Positions 8,208 to 17,481 of a DNA stretch of 55,342 nt are shown here, one piece after another. Origin of the DNA: a virus (taxonomy: Duplodnaviria > Caudoviricetes). The notes beneath the pieces were generated by a model. It was not told where the DNA came from. It did not search any database and worked only from the letters and a program-made list of their open reading frames with translations. The position numbers and the translations under genes were made by a program. Positions within the stretch are counted from its first letter, which is position 1. Each line of letters begins with the position of its first letter. The stretch spans positions 1-55,342 of the IMG/VR virus record IMGVR_UViG_3300020220_000067. The stretch is one strand, 5' to 3'.

Positions 8208-8615
8208 ATGAAAAAAATTATAAGATTAACCGAAAACGATTTGGCTCGTATCGTTAGACGAGTTATAAGAGAAAATGAAGAAAATAAATTTATTGGTGAA
8301 ACAATAAATCTTTACAGAAACAAAAAAGAAATGCAAACAGATTTTGCATATAAAGTAAAAATTGCAAGTGTCAACGTTAATGGAAATGATATTACAGTAG
8401 ATTTAGAGGGTGGCAGTAAATTAACTTTGAAATGTACAGATTCGACAGGAGCACTTTCGTTCGGTTCTCAAATGATGTATAATCAAGATTTGTACAGAGA
8501 TCTTAAAGAAACCTATTGTATGCGAAAAAGAGAGAGAGATCGCAAAAAAGAGTTTAAAACTGTACCTAAAGCAACTTATGCCTATACTGGAGGTCAAATG
8601 GGTAATATGGGTTAA
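8208..8615 (+). CDS. Leader-tagged hypothetical protein (class A)
   Basis: MKKIIRLTENDLARIVRRVIRE; promoter and leader DNA nearly identical to 6080-6184. Confidence 0.85.
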   Translation: MKKIIRLTENDLARIVRRVIRENEENKFIGETINLYRNKKEMQTDFAYKVKIASVNVNGNDITVDLEGGSKLTLKCTDSTGALSFGSQMMYNQDLYRDLKETYCMRKRERDRKKEFKTVPKATYAYTGGQMGNMG

Positions 8616-8634
8616 TTTTTTGTACATAAAATGT

Positions 8635-8663
8635 AAAACCTTACCCTAATTGGTGGGGTTTTT
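8635..8663 (+). terminator. Rho-independent terminator
   Basis: AAAACCTTACC...GGTGGGGTTTT. Confidence 0.7.
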
Positions 8664-8696
8664 TGTTTTACCAAAGTATTTATTAATAAATTAATT

Positions 8697-9437
8697 ATGG
8701 ATAAAAAAAGATTTAATCAATTACTTGAATCTAAAGTTGGAAATGTCAAACCACTTATTAGTGAATCTTTACCCCCACTAAGTAATTTTCCTATTCAAGG
8801 AGGAAGATACAATATTGGTTATGATGATGATTGGGATAATTTTAGTAATCCCATGGGAACTGCAAATAGCGACTTCTCAACTAAACCAACTTATGCTGGT
8901 TCAGGAGGTCATTTAAAGGGACATATTGGAATTGATATTTTTGGACAAAGGGGTACACCAATACTAGCCCCTGTTAATGGAAGAGTAAAATATGCTGGTA
9001 ATGGACTAACGGTAATAATAGAGGATCCTGAAACAGGTTATTCTCATTGGTTAGGGCACTTAGATTCAAGAACTGTAGACGAAGGTGTCTTTGTTTTTGC
9101 AGGACAACAAGTAGGAACCTTGGGTGATTCTGGAAACGCTAAAGGTACTGCACCTCATTTACATTATAATATATACAAAACTAATCAAGGTTTTTATTCA
9201 GGAGAAGATCCTTTGGATATCCTTAAATCTGCAATAAACAAAACTGCAAAAAAACCAGAGGAGGTCGAATATAAAGATCTTGGTCCAAATTTTAAAAAAT
9301 CATTTTTGAAATTGTTTGACGATGAAGAAAAAACGGAAGAAGGAAATGTGAAAGCTGATGATGAAGTAGACCTATGGGACAAGATGAAAACCGCAGGAAA
9401 AGTATTTTTTAACAAACTCAAAGATATATTTGATTAA
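8697..9437 (+). CDS. M23 family metallopeptidase (murein hydrolase) with class C leader
   Basis: HxGxD (HIGID), GHL, GQQVGTLGDSGNA and PHLHY motifs. Confidence 0.9.
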   Translation: MDKKRFNQLLESKVGNVKPLISESLPPLSNFPIQGGRYNIGYDDDWDNFSNPMGTANSDFSTKPTYAGSGGHLKGHIGIDIFGQRGTPILAPVNGRVKYAGNGLTVIIEDPETGYSHWLGHLDSRTVDEGVFVFAGQQVGTLGDSGNAKGTAPHLHYNIYKTNQGFYSGEDPLDILKSAINKTAKKPEEVEYKDLGPNFKKSFLKLFDDEEKTEEGNVKADDEVDLWDKMKTAGKVFFNKLKDIFD

Positions 9438-9453
9438 AAAAAAACTAAATTTT

Positions 9454-9483
9454 AAAACCCCATCTTTTAAGGTGGGGTTTTTT
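9454..9483 (+). terminator. Rho-independent terminator
   Basis: Same sequence as 6556-6582. Confidence 0.85.
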
Positions 9484-9503
9484 GTTTTAAAGTATTTATT
9501 AAT

Positions 9504-9830
9504 ATGAAAATTATTGTTTCTGAAAGACAATATAACCATGCTTTCTTAAGAAGAAGATTTTACGAAATATTGAATGAAGCGTTACTCATGATTGCAGATG
9601 ACGGTGCTTTTTATGGTGACATTGACTTTTGTTGGGAATATCCCACGTTTTATAGTTTTATGGAAGATATGGTTGCTGAAATAACGCGTCATTATGACTT
9701 TAATTATGGACACGACATAGCTGAATTTATCTATGGTGATATTGGAGTTAAAAACTTTATTAAACTGTTACTTGATGAACACGGTAATGAAATTAAGGAA
9801 TTCTATGATCTAAAAACAAAAGATTGTTAA
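9504..9830 (+). CDS. Leader-tagged acidic protein (class B)
   Basis: MKIIVSERQ...LRRR. Confidence 0.8.
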   Translation: MKIIVSERQYNHAFLRRRFYEILNEALLMIADDGAFYGDIDFCWEYPTFYSFMEDMVAEITRHYDFNYGHDIAEFIYGDIGVKNFIKLLLDEHGNEIKEFYDLKTKDC

Positions 9831-9831
9831 C

Positions 9832-10107
9832 ATGAAAATTATTATTTCTGAAAGTCAATTTGATAATGTTTTGAAAAAATACGAAAGAGTTTTAAATAAT
9901 TTAAAATTTTATGGTGTTAAGAAAATAACATTGGACTATAGAGATCCAGAAGCTATTGAGGTGAATATTTTTTATGATATAAAATTAGCAATAGAACTCG
10001 GACAAGATTTCAATACAGTTCAGTGGAAAACGAATAGAAACATTTTCAATGTTGTAGAAAAAATAAATTTAGGACCAAAGTATTTGTACTATCTACACTA
10101 TGAGTAA
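9832..10107 (+). CDS. Leader-tagged hypothetical protein (class B)
   Basis: MKIIISESQF. Confidence 0.8.
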   Translation: MKIIISESQFDNVLKKYERVLNNLKFYGVKKITLDYRDPEAIEVNIFYDIKLAIELGQDFNTVQWKTNRNIFNVVEKINLGPKYLYYLHYE

Positions 10108-10136
10108 TCATTTCTTTTTTTAAGTATTTATATAGT

Positions 10137-11345
10137 ATGAGCCAAGGATTTATAAAAAATAATATAGTTCGAAGAGTTATTGATCAAATAACATCAAATA
10201 GAATATTATTTGAAGACAAACTTTCTGATTTACAAAAACAATATGATGACGATTACTTCGATACGATAGATTACATTTATAACCAAGACCCATCAAAATC
10301 AAAAAAATATTTCAAATGGATTTTCGAAACTTGGTTGAAAAATTTGGGAAAAATTGATTACGAAGATTTAATTACTATGGTGTCATATTTTGATAAAAAT
10401 CCTCATAAGTTTGAAAAAAAAGATCTATATCAATATGATTATGATGAGTTTTTAAAAAAGTATAATGAAGCTATTTTGAAATTATCAAAAAGAGAAATAG
10501 TTTCTTCTGGTGTTGAAAAATTATATGAAGATGATAGGTATGTCTTAGTTAGACCAAAAACAAGTGAGGCGTCTTGTAAATACGGTGCAAATACGAAATG
10601 GTGTATTTCATCAAGAACAAATAATTATTTTAACAATTATAGTTCTGAAAACTTGTTTTTTTTTATAATTGATAAAATACAAGAGCCAATTCCAAATAAA
10701 AAAAAATCGCCTAATTATTTCAAAGTTGTTATTCAATACCATCCTGATCAACCGTTTTTTAATGTAAATGATATTTCACCTGAGTATAAAAATTATTATC
10801 TCTCAAAAGCATTAACAGGTAAATTCACTTCTTGGAACGCTATTGACAATGAAATTGAATTGAAAACTGTCAAAAAATATATCCCACAAGATTTGTTAAA
10901 AAAATTTTTAGAATTAATTAAAAATTATACCTACAATTTATACACAAATTATTACGAAAAACAACTTTCTTATTTTCAGTCATTTAATTTTGAAGAATAT
11001 CAAAACCTTAAATCGGAAGTAAACCTACTATATGGTACAGTAAGACGTAAAACTCGAAAATACTCTCAAGACAAACATGTTAAATTTGTTAATGATGTTC
11101 AAGACGCTTATGATACCTTTGTTATTATTTTAAATCGGTGGAATCTTCCTACCAGAAGTTTAGAAGAATTTTTGGAATTTAAAGGGATTAAAGAAAAATT
11201 TATGGAAGATCTTAAAATAGAAAAAAAACTAAAAAATGATTTGAATCATTCTCAACAATTATTTGAAACCAAAGATAAACAATTAGAAGATATGGAAACT
11301 AAATTAGAATTTATAAAAAAAGAAATTAATTTTAAAAATATTTAA
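10137..11345 (+). CDS. Hypothetical protein with PcfJ-like motif and C-terminal coiled coil
   Basis: VLVRPKTSEASCKYGANTKWCIS; N-terminal ILFE site. Confidence 0.65.
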   Translation: MSQGFIKNNIVRRVIDQITSNRILFEDKLSDLQKQYDDDYFDTIDYIYNQDPSKSKKYFKWIFETWLKNLGKIDYEDLITMVSYFDKNPHKFEKKDLYQYDYDEFLKKYNEAILKLSKREIVSSGVEKLYEDDRYVLVRPKTSEASCKYGANTKWCISSRTNNYFNNYSSENLFFFIIDKIQEPIPNKKKSPNYFKVVIQYHPDQPFFNVNDISPEYKNYYLSKALTGKFTSWNAIDNEIELKTVKKYIPQDLLKKFLELIKNYTYNLYTNYYEKQLSYFQSFNFEEYQNLKSEVNLLYGTVRRKTRKYSQDKHVKFVNDVQDAYDTFVIILNRWNLPTRSLEEFLEFKGIKEKFMEDLKIEKKLKNDLNHSQQLFETKDKQLEDMETKLEFIKKEINFKNI

Positions 11346-11474
11346 AAATAATGAAACAATACTTACTTTTGACTGAATCCCATTCAAATCAAATAAAAAT
11401 TTTGACATGAAATTTTACACAAAGGATAAAATTTGATGTTTTTTACAATTAACTTATATTTATAATAAAAAAAA

Positions 11475-12101
11475 ATGAAAAAAATAGTGAGATTAACTGA
11501 ATCAGATTTAACTAACTTAGTTAGAAGAATTATTTCAGAAAAAAAAGGTAAAAAATCCAAAGAAAATGATGAAGATGACGTTATGTCTATTTTAGATCAA
11601 TGTATAGAAGATATAGATAAGGAAGATTTTGATGACGCTGAAGAGTGGGTTGAAGAAGTTTTTAGTGTTTGTATGGATGAAATGGGTGAAGACATGTCTG
11701 AAGAAGAATTAGAAGAGTTTAAAGATGAATATTACGATTATGTAATGGGTTGTTGGGATGATTATTCTGACGACGATGATTATTCTGACGATGACGACGA
11801 TGATTATTCTGACGATGATGATGATTATTCTGACGATGATGATGATTATTCTGACGATGATGATGATTATTCTGACGATGATGATGATTATTCTGACGAT
11901 GATGATGATTATTCTGACGATGACGACGATGATGAAGATTTTTCTGATGACGAAGATGATGAAGATTTTTCTGATGACGAAGATGATGAAGATTTTTCTG
12001 ATGACGACGATGATGAAGATTTTTCTGATGACGACGATGATGAAGATTTTGGAACTATGAGAGGTCGTTTTTTTGATAAAGACGACGACGACGAATTTTA
12101 A
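11475..12101 (+). CDS. Leader-tagged, extremely acidic poly-Asp repeat protein
   Basis: MKKIVRLTESDLTNLVRRIISE followed by (YSDDDDD)n and (FSDD(E/D)DDED)n. Confidence 0.85.
   Translation: MKKIVRLTESDLTNLVRRIISEKKGKKSKENDEDDVMSILDQCIEDIDKEDFDDAEEWVEEVFSVCMDEMGEDMSEEELEEFKDEYYDYVMGCWDDYSDDDDYSDDDDDDYSDDDDDYSDDDDDYSDDDDDYSDDDDDYSDDDDDYSDDDDDDEDFSDDEDDEDFSDDEDDEDFSDDDDDEDFSDDDDDEDFGTMRGRFFDKDDDDEF
11758..12050 (+). repeat. Coding tandem repeats: about 21-bp units (TATTCTGACGATGATGATGAT) then 27-bp units (TTTTCTGATGACGAAGATGATGAAGAT)
   Basis: Read directly from the sequence. Confidence 0.95.
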
Positions 12102-12106
12102 TTAAA

Positions 12107-12286
12107 ATGACAAACGAACAAAAAGCGCAGAAATACAATCAATTGATGTATGAATTTACAAAAATTGAAAATAAAATTTCTCAAATTAAAGGGGAGTCAA
12201 TAAATTTAAACGATCGCCAATTAGAGGAAATTAAAAAACTACAAAATCAATTAAGATTTTTAACAGAACAATCTTATAGATTATAA
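12107..12286 (+). CDS. 59-aa coiled-coil protein
   Basis: MTNEQKAQKYNQLMYEFTKIENKISQIK..., translated by hand. Confidence 0.65.
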   Translation: MTNEQKAQKYNQLMYEFTKIENKISQIKGESINLNDRQLEEIKKLQNQLRFLTEQSYRL

Positions 12287-12304
12287 TGTTTGTCAAATTT
12301 TATT

Positions 12305-12331
12305 AGCCCACCTGAAAACGGTGGGTTTTTT
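12305..12331 (+). terminator. Rho-independent terminator
   Basis: AGCCCACC...GGTGGGTT followed by a T-run. Confidence 0.8.
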
Positions 12332-12450
12332 ATTTGAATCAATTTGATATAAAAATATTTTTAAAAAAATGTAAAAGACCTTGATTAATGTATTTATATT
12401 TGTTAACTTTTCTTAACAAACATAAACTATTAAAATCTAATAAGAAAAAA

Positions 12451-12618
12451 ATGAAAAATTTATTTTTTGTTGGTCTTTTTACACTTTTGATTACGTCTTG
12501 TGGTGGAGAACAAAAAAGCGAAACCTCTAATTCAGCAACTAACAATGTTGAAGTTCAGGACTCTACTCCAAATTCTAGCGAAACTGTGAAACCTGACACA
12601 ACTGTCGCTGTTAACTAA
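12451..12618 (+). CDS. Small lipoprotein
   Basis: MKNLFFVGLFTLLITS-C lipobox; low-complexity S/T/E tail. Confidence 0.7.
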   Translation: MKNLFFVGLFTLLITSCGGEQKSETSNSATNNVEVQDSTPNSSETVKPDTTVAVN

Positions 12619-12648
12619 AATGATTTATATTTTGTGAAAATTATTTAT

Positions 12649-12672
12649 ACCCCTCACCTTGAGGGGTTTTTT
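12649..12672 (+). terminator. Rho-independent terminator
   Basis: ACCCCTCA-CCT-TGAGGGGT followed by a T-run. Confidence 0.85.
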
Positions 12673-12695
12673 ATTTTTATTGGTATTTATAAAAT

Positions 12696-13391
12696 ATGAA
12701 AAAACTAATTATAACTATTATTACTATGACCATGTTAGTTGGTTGTAATACAGAAACCAAAAAAGAAAAAATTGAAGGTATTGAGTCAAATAAAATTGTT
12801 AAGATACATAGTGGATCTTTTGCATTTTGTGGTGCATCAGGTGCAGTACCTACAGGTCGTAAAATTATAGTACAAGGAAAGGAGTATGATGAAGGTTGTG
12901 CAATTTGTCCTGTATTACATGGACCATCAATTTCCAATTTAGTAATGGAAGGGTTGAGCCAAAGTTTTGGTAAATTTAATGTTAATCAAAATTTCGAAAC
13001 ACCTGATGGTACTAGTCAGACCGTATGGTCTTTGTTTTGGTATTACGATTCAACAACTACAATACCACAGTTTAACCCATCAACTAAACAATGGGAACTT
13101 ATGAAACCCATCAACAGATCATTTATAATAAACACAGATGACCCAAATACAAGTGAAAGTAATATGTTTGCAATGCCGGGTATTATATTTGACACAACAT
13201 CAAATGGAATTGTTCTTGCAAAAGTTTACGGCCCACTAAATGAGGCTGCAGTACCTTTACGAAAATCAATACCTGTTAAAAATGGAATGACCTCTGTTAC
13301 TGCCGCTAAGTTAGGTTTTCCTTATCCTGTTGGAACGCCAATTCCAATTATTAACTTAAGTAAAAAACTTCAAAAAAAGACAAATAATTAA
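12696..13391 (+). CDS. Lipoprotein of unknown function
   Basis: MKKLIITIITMTMLVG-C lipobox. Confidence 0.75.
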   Translation: MKKLIITIITMTMLVGCNTETKKEKIEGIESNKIVKIHSGSFAFCGASGAVPTGRKIIVQGKEYDEGCAICPVLHGPSISNLVMEGLSQSFGKFNVNQNFETPDGTSQTVWSLFWYYDSTTTIPQFNPSTKQWELMKPINRSFIINTDDPNTSESNMFAMPGIIFDTTSNGIVLAKVYGPLNEAAVPLRKSIPVKNGMTSVTAAKLGFPYPVGTPIPIINLSKKLQKKTNN

Positions 13392-13395
13392 ATAC

Positions 13396-13728
13396 ATGAA
13401 AATTATTATTAATGAGTCACAATTCCATTTGATCAGAAGGGTTAATATGATAGAAGACCTTTTTAAAAAATATGTTGACGACGATGAATTTATTTATAGA
13501 GTTTTGGATACTGGACCTGGAGCTTTTGGTACCAATAAAGTACATTTGGATGAGTTTATACCAACAATATCATATACAATTGCACAATTGATCGCAAAAA
13601 ATGACATGGAGCCAAGGGATGATGAAGACAACGATAACTTTGTAACATTTAGGAATCAGTTACAAAGGTTTATTCAGACAAATTATTATGATTATTTGAA
13701 AAAAAGATACAAGGAAACTTTAAATTGA
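13396..13728 (+). CDS. Leader-tagged hypothetical protein (class B)
   Basis: MKIIINESQFHLIRR. Confidence 0.8.
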   Translation: MKIIINESQFHLIRRVNMIEDLFKKYVDDDEFIYRVLDTGPGAFGTNKVHLDEFIPTISYTIAQLIAKNDMEPRDDEDNDNFVTFRNQLQRFIQTNYYDYLKKRYKETLN

Positions 13729-13729
13729 T

Positions 13730-14128
13730 ATGAATTATTTAATAACAGAATCTCAATTTAGTCAAACAATAATTAAATTTTGTGAAATGTCATTTCGCGA
13801 AATTCAAGAATCTTGTGACGAACCTTTAGAGGATATACCAAGTTACTTAAATTTAGAATCTTGTTTTGTTTGCGGATTAGTAGAAAAATTGGAATTTTCG
13901 AATGTATTGAAAACTGACTCGACATCATTTCGATCATATCCACCAAAAAAAAGTAGTTTGTTTTTAATTGATTGTAAAATATATTATTGGTCTTTGAATT
14001 ATCATGGTGAAGAATTTTTTGAAAGTATGATCTACGACATTCGACAAAGTATCAAAAGAAGATTCAGATTAGATGTCTCAATAAACGTAATTGATACAGT
14101 TAATAAGAACTCAGACCCTCAGTGGTAA
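13730..14128 (+). CDS. Leader-tagged hypothetical protein (class B)
   Basis: MNYLITESQF. Confidence 0.8.
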   Translation: MNYLITESQFSQTIIKFCEMSFREIQESCDEPLEDIPSYLNLESCFVCGLVEKLEFSNVLKTDSTSFRSYPPKKSSLFLIDCKIYYWSLNYHGEEFFESMIYDIRQSIKRRFRLDVSINVIDTVNKNSDPQW

Positions 14129-14179
14129 TTTTTGTACTTTATTTTTTATAAAAAAAAACATATATTTTTATTAAAAAAT

Positions 14180-14563
14180 ATGAATTCACAATCTTTAGTT
14201 TTTGGTATACTTATTACCTTTGGAATTGTTTTAACCACTTTCATTATTTTTTGTTCATTTGAAATTCAAAAGTTAAGTAAAAAATTAATTAACTTTGAAA
14301 AAGATCTTGAGCTAAAACAAAAACAAACTCGAAGAATTTTAGAAGAAATATCTAAAGACATAACCATGGTTGAAAGGACTATAATGCAAAGAATTGACAA
14401 GACCAATAAACACATTGATGAAGAAGTACATCAGATTCATTTACACGAAAATGAATTACAAAAAGAAATAGAACAGGTAAAATCATACACCGAGAAAAAA
14501 TTGGATAAGATTGTGATCACGGGAACTTTTCCGACCTCAAAACCTAAAAATAAAAAAATGTAA
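14180..14563 (+). CDS. Membrane-anchored coiled-coil protein
   Basis: N-terminal TM segment (LVFGILITFGIVLTTFIIF) then a heptad-rich region; likely start ATG 14180. Confidence 0.7.
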   Translation: MNSQSLVFGILITFGIVLTTFIIFCSFEIQKLSKKLINFEKDLELKQKQTRRILEEISKDITMVERTIMQRIDKTNKHIDEEVHQIHLHENELQKEIEQVKSYTEKKLDKIVITGTFPTSKPKNKKM

Positions 14564-14569
14564 TTTGAG

Positions 14570-14593
14570 ACCCACAACAAGTGGGTTTTTTTT
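14570..14593 (+). terminator. Rho-independent terminator
   Basis: ACCCAC-AACAA-GTGGGT followed by a T-run. Confidence 0.75.
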
Positions 14594-14623
14594 ATTTAGA
14601 ATATATTTATATAAAAAAAAATT

Positions 14624-15271
14624 ATGACAAAAATTATAAGATTAACAGAATCAGACCTTTACAGAATTGTCAAAAAAACTATCATGGAGGTTAAAGAGAA
14701 AGAAAAAGAAAAAGAAAAGACACAAAAAGAAGAACCAAAAAAATCTGGACCAAAAAACATTATAATTGGAGATTCTCAATGTGCTTGGATTGCTAAAAAA
14801 AGTTCTAAATTCAACCTCATGTCTGAAAAGGGTAGTATGGGATCGTTATGGTCGCCAGGAAAAGGTTTGTCTTGGTTAAAAAATGCGGTTGAATCTCATA
14901 GAGGATCTTCTGTGATAAAAAATATTGCAATCTCAATTGGTACCAATGGAGGATTTAACAAAAATGATGATGTCAAAGGTTTAGTTTCATTATTGAGAGA
15001 AAAATTTCCAAATGCAAAATTGTTTGTTGTTCAAGGCTCATGGGGATGGGGATCTAATAAAAATATTACAGAGAAAGAAGTTGAAAATTACTACTCAATG
15101 TTTTCCTCACAACGTGTGAAAGTAATCAATCCTCCAATAGGTAAAAATGAACCTCATCAAAATTTACCTAGTTATTCATCAATTGGAAAAAATTTAGATA
15201 ATCAACCATTAAACGAAAATTACAGGTCAATATATGAATCTAATTTCATTTCTAAAAAAAAAGCGAAATAA
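14624..15271 (+). CDS. SGNH/GDSL-like hydrolase with class A leader (possible frameshift extension to 15453)
   Basis: IIIGDSQ block I, ISIGTNG block III, late His (EPH). Confidence 0.65.
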   Translation: MTKIIRLTESDLYRIVKKTIMEVKEKEKEKEKTQKEEPKKSGPKNIIIGDSQCAWIAKKSSKFNLMSEKGSMGSLWSPGKGLSWLKNAVESHRGSSVIKNIAISIGTNGGFNKNDDVKGLVSLLREKFPNAKLFVVQGSWGWGSNKNITEKEVENYYSMFSSQRVKVINPPIGKNEPHQNLPSYSSIGKNLDNQPLNENYRSIYESNFISKKKAK

Positions 15272-15495
15272 TATCGGTTTTCAGAGAGATAAAAGATCTT
15301 CTAACTGATTATGGTTATACGGACGAGGACTTAAAAGGATTAACCAATGACGAAATTTTGGAAATACTTGAGGAGGTAATGTATGAAGTTAAAAATTTGA
15401 AACAAAAGAAATATATGAACTTTCTTCACAACCAAGCTTTGGAATTGATTTAAGTTCAAAAAATAAAATTATTCAGATATTTATAATATAAAATT

Positions 15496-16110
15496 ATGAA
15501 AAGAATCATAAGATTAACAGAATCTGATTTAACTCGTCTTGTAAGACGGATTGTAAAAGAAAATGAAGAAAATTGGATTAGTCAATCGGAAGATTTAGGA
15601 TCAGAATCCGATTTTACGTCTATGAACCTCAAACAAGACAAAAGATTTAGAAGATTAGTGTCTTTTTTCAAGAATCATCCTGAAATTGCAATGGATATTA
15701 AAAAATCTTTAGAAAGAAGTGTAAACGAAAATTACAAATACTACGATTATAGTGGAGCTCCAAAAAAAGAAATAACAAAAAAACACTTTTTAAAAAGAAA
15801 ACTTGCAACATATGGACTTGCAACAATTGTAAGTGCTATAGTTGGATCCACAATAGGTGTCATGGCTGGCGAAGAAGTACTTGAAGCGGCACTTGTTGCT
15901 GCTGGTATGGGAGGTCCATTATTTGGGGCTTTATCATCTGAAGTAGGTAGAGAAAAAGTGACAGATGAACCCCCTGTAGACAATGATGAAACTGAAGATA
16001 TAGAAGAACCACTGAGTGAACGATGGTCACAAAAATACAAAAAATCAATTGATTGTAATAATCCAAAAGGTTTCTCCCAAAGAGCTCATTGTCAAGGAAG
16101 AAAAAAATAA
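15496..16110 (+). CDS. Class A leader protein with a hydrophobic hairpin and a C-terminal basic Cys module
   Basis: MKRIIRLTESDLTRLVRRIVKE; LSE-RWSQKYKKSIDCNNPKGFSQRAHCQGRKK. Confidence 0.85.
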   Translation: MKRIIRLTESDLTRLVRRIVKENEENWISQSEDLGSESDFTSMNLKQDKRFRRLVSFFKNHPEIAMDIKKSLERSVNENYKYYDYSGAPKKEITKKHFLKRKLATYGLATIVSAIVGSTIGVMAGEEVLEAALVAAGMGGPLFGALSSEVGREKVTDEPPVDNDETEDIEEPLSERWSQKYKKSIDCNNPKGFSQRAHCQGRKK

Positions 16111-16135
16111 AATTATCATTTTTAGATCAAATATA

Positions 16136-16161
16136 AACCCCTTTTACAAGAGGGGTTTTTT
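16136..16161 (+). terminator. Rho-independent terminator
   Basis: AAACCCCTTTT...AGAGGGGTTT. Confidence 0.75.
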
Positions 16162-16194
16162 ATTATATTAATTCTTTATATTTATAATATAGAA

Positions 16195-17436
16195 ATGGAC
16201 TTGATACAAAATTATATTTTTTACTATTTGAAATATGCTAAAATAACAGAATTACTTATTATACGTAATTATAGTGGTAGCGGGTTGTACTATAGTAGTA
16301 GAGAGGAAAAGAGAAGAGAAGCAGAAGACACTTATATTAGATATCGTGATTCCGAAGGTAATCAACATGGATCTTGGGGGGGCGACCCTAGAATTTCGTC
16401 CGCCCTTGTCAAACAAATTGATAAATTAATTGAGAATTATTTTGATGAAATTTACTATACCGTAGACACTGATTTAGACGAATATTGGGAGTTAAGAGTT
16501 GACATATCGGTTCCATTAAAAACAATAACATTTGGTGCGTCTCATAAAGTTGTAAAAGAAAACAAAGAAGTAAAATCAGAAGAAAATATATTTAATTTAA
16601 ATTCAGATCTAAGAAAGAATATTCATGGATTACAAAATTATTATGGAGGTAAATACAAATTGTCATTTGACGGCAGGTGGGACGAAACAGATATCGAATT
16701 TGAAGACGATTATAGATCATATCGATTAAAAGAACCATACCTTACTTATGCTTATGAAGTTGTTGATTCAACTATGGATTTTTTTGTTGAGACTTATTGG
16801 AATGAATCACAGGGTGCTTATGGAGAAATTATTGTTTGGGGTGACGACATGTATTTAAGTTACATAACAAGAGAAGAAGATTGGGAAGATACTGGATATC
16901 AAAAAGTTTTAAATTTTAATTCAGAATCAAACTCAATAAATGAAAATGATCAAGAAAAATACAAATCAACATATGAATTATCAGAAGAGCAAGAAGTAGT
17001 AATCGATAAATTAAAAAAATTGGTCAAAAGAAAATACCCTTTTGTTTTAGATTTTTACTTAACAGATTTGACCAAATATTTTGGCAAAGATACTTTAAAT
17101 ACAGTTGTTGTTGTAGATTTAGAAAAGGTAAAAGAATACTTCAACACGGATTTTCATGAGACATACTACAATTATCCTTACTTATTTGATTCATTACACA
17201 ATAAAGATTTAATGATGTTTTTATTTACACCTTTCAATTTTGACGATCAAAAAAAATTAGTCGATTTCAACGAACAATTTGAATTTTATTTCAACAAATT
17301 AATTTTAAATTTACCAGAAAGATTAAGAATTCCAAATATCAGAATATCTTCATTTATTTACAAATTCGACTCTTCAAAATATTATGATGAAAGGGAATGG
17401 TTTTTTAAAAATCATGGATTTTACCCCACCAAATAA
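16195..17436 (+). CDS. Two-module hypothetical protein
   Basis: 413 aa; internal linker containing SINE and ELSE sites. Confidence 0.75.
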   Translation: MDLIQNYIFYYLKYAKITELLIIRNYSGSGLYYSSREEKRREAEDTYIRYRDSEGNQHGSWGGDPRISSALVKQIDKLIENYFDEIYYTVDTDLDEYWELRVDISVPLKTITFGASHKVVKENKEVKSEENIFNLNSDLRKNIHGLQNYYGGKYKLSFDGRWDETDIEFEDDYRSYRLKEPYLTYAYEVVDSTMDFFVETYWNESQGAYGEIIVWGDDMYLSYITREEDWEDTGYQKVLNFNSESNSINENDQEKYKSTYELSEEQEVVIDKLKKLVKRKYPFVLDFYLTDLTKYFGKDTLNTVVVVDLEKVKEYFNTDFHETYYNYPYLFDSLHNKDLMMFLFTPFNFDDQKKLVDFNEQFEFYFNKLILNLPERLRIPNIRISSFIYKFDSSKYYDEREWFFKNHGFYPTK

Positions 17437-17481
17437 TTTTTTGAAAGTTTCAAATATTTATAAAAAAAATAAAATAAAAAA

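Noticed and set aside
11758-12050. Possible CRISPR array
   Set aside because: Units are contiguous coding repeats with no unique spacers, and no cas genes are present.
11758-12060. ORF reading (MIILTMMM)n
   Set aside because: Alternate-frame shadow of the Asp-repeat gene; no promoter of its own.
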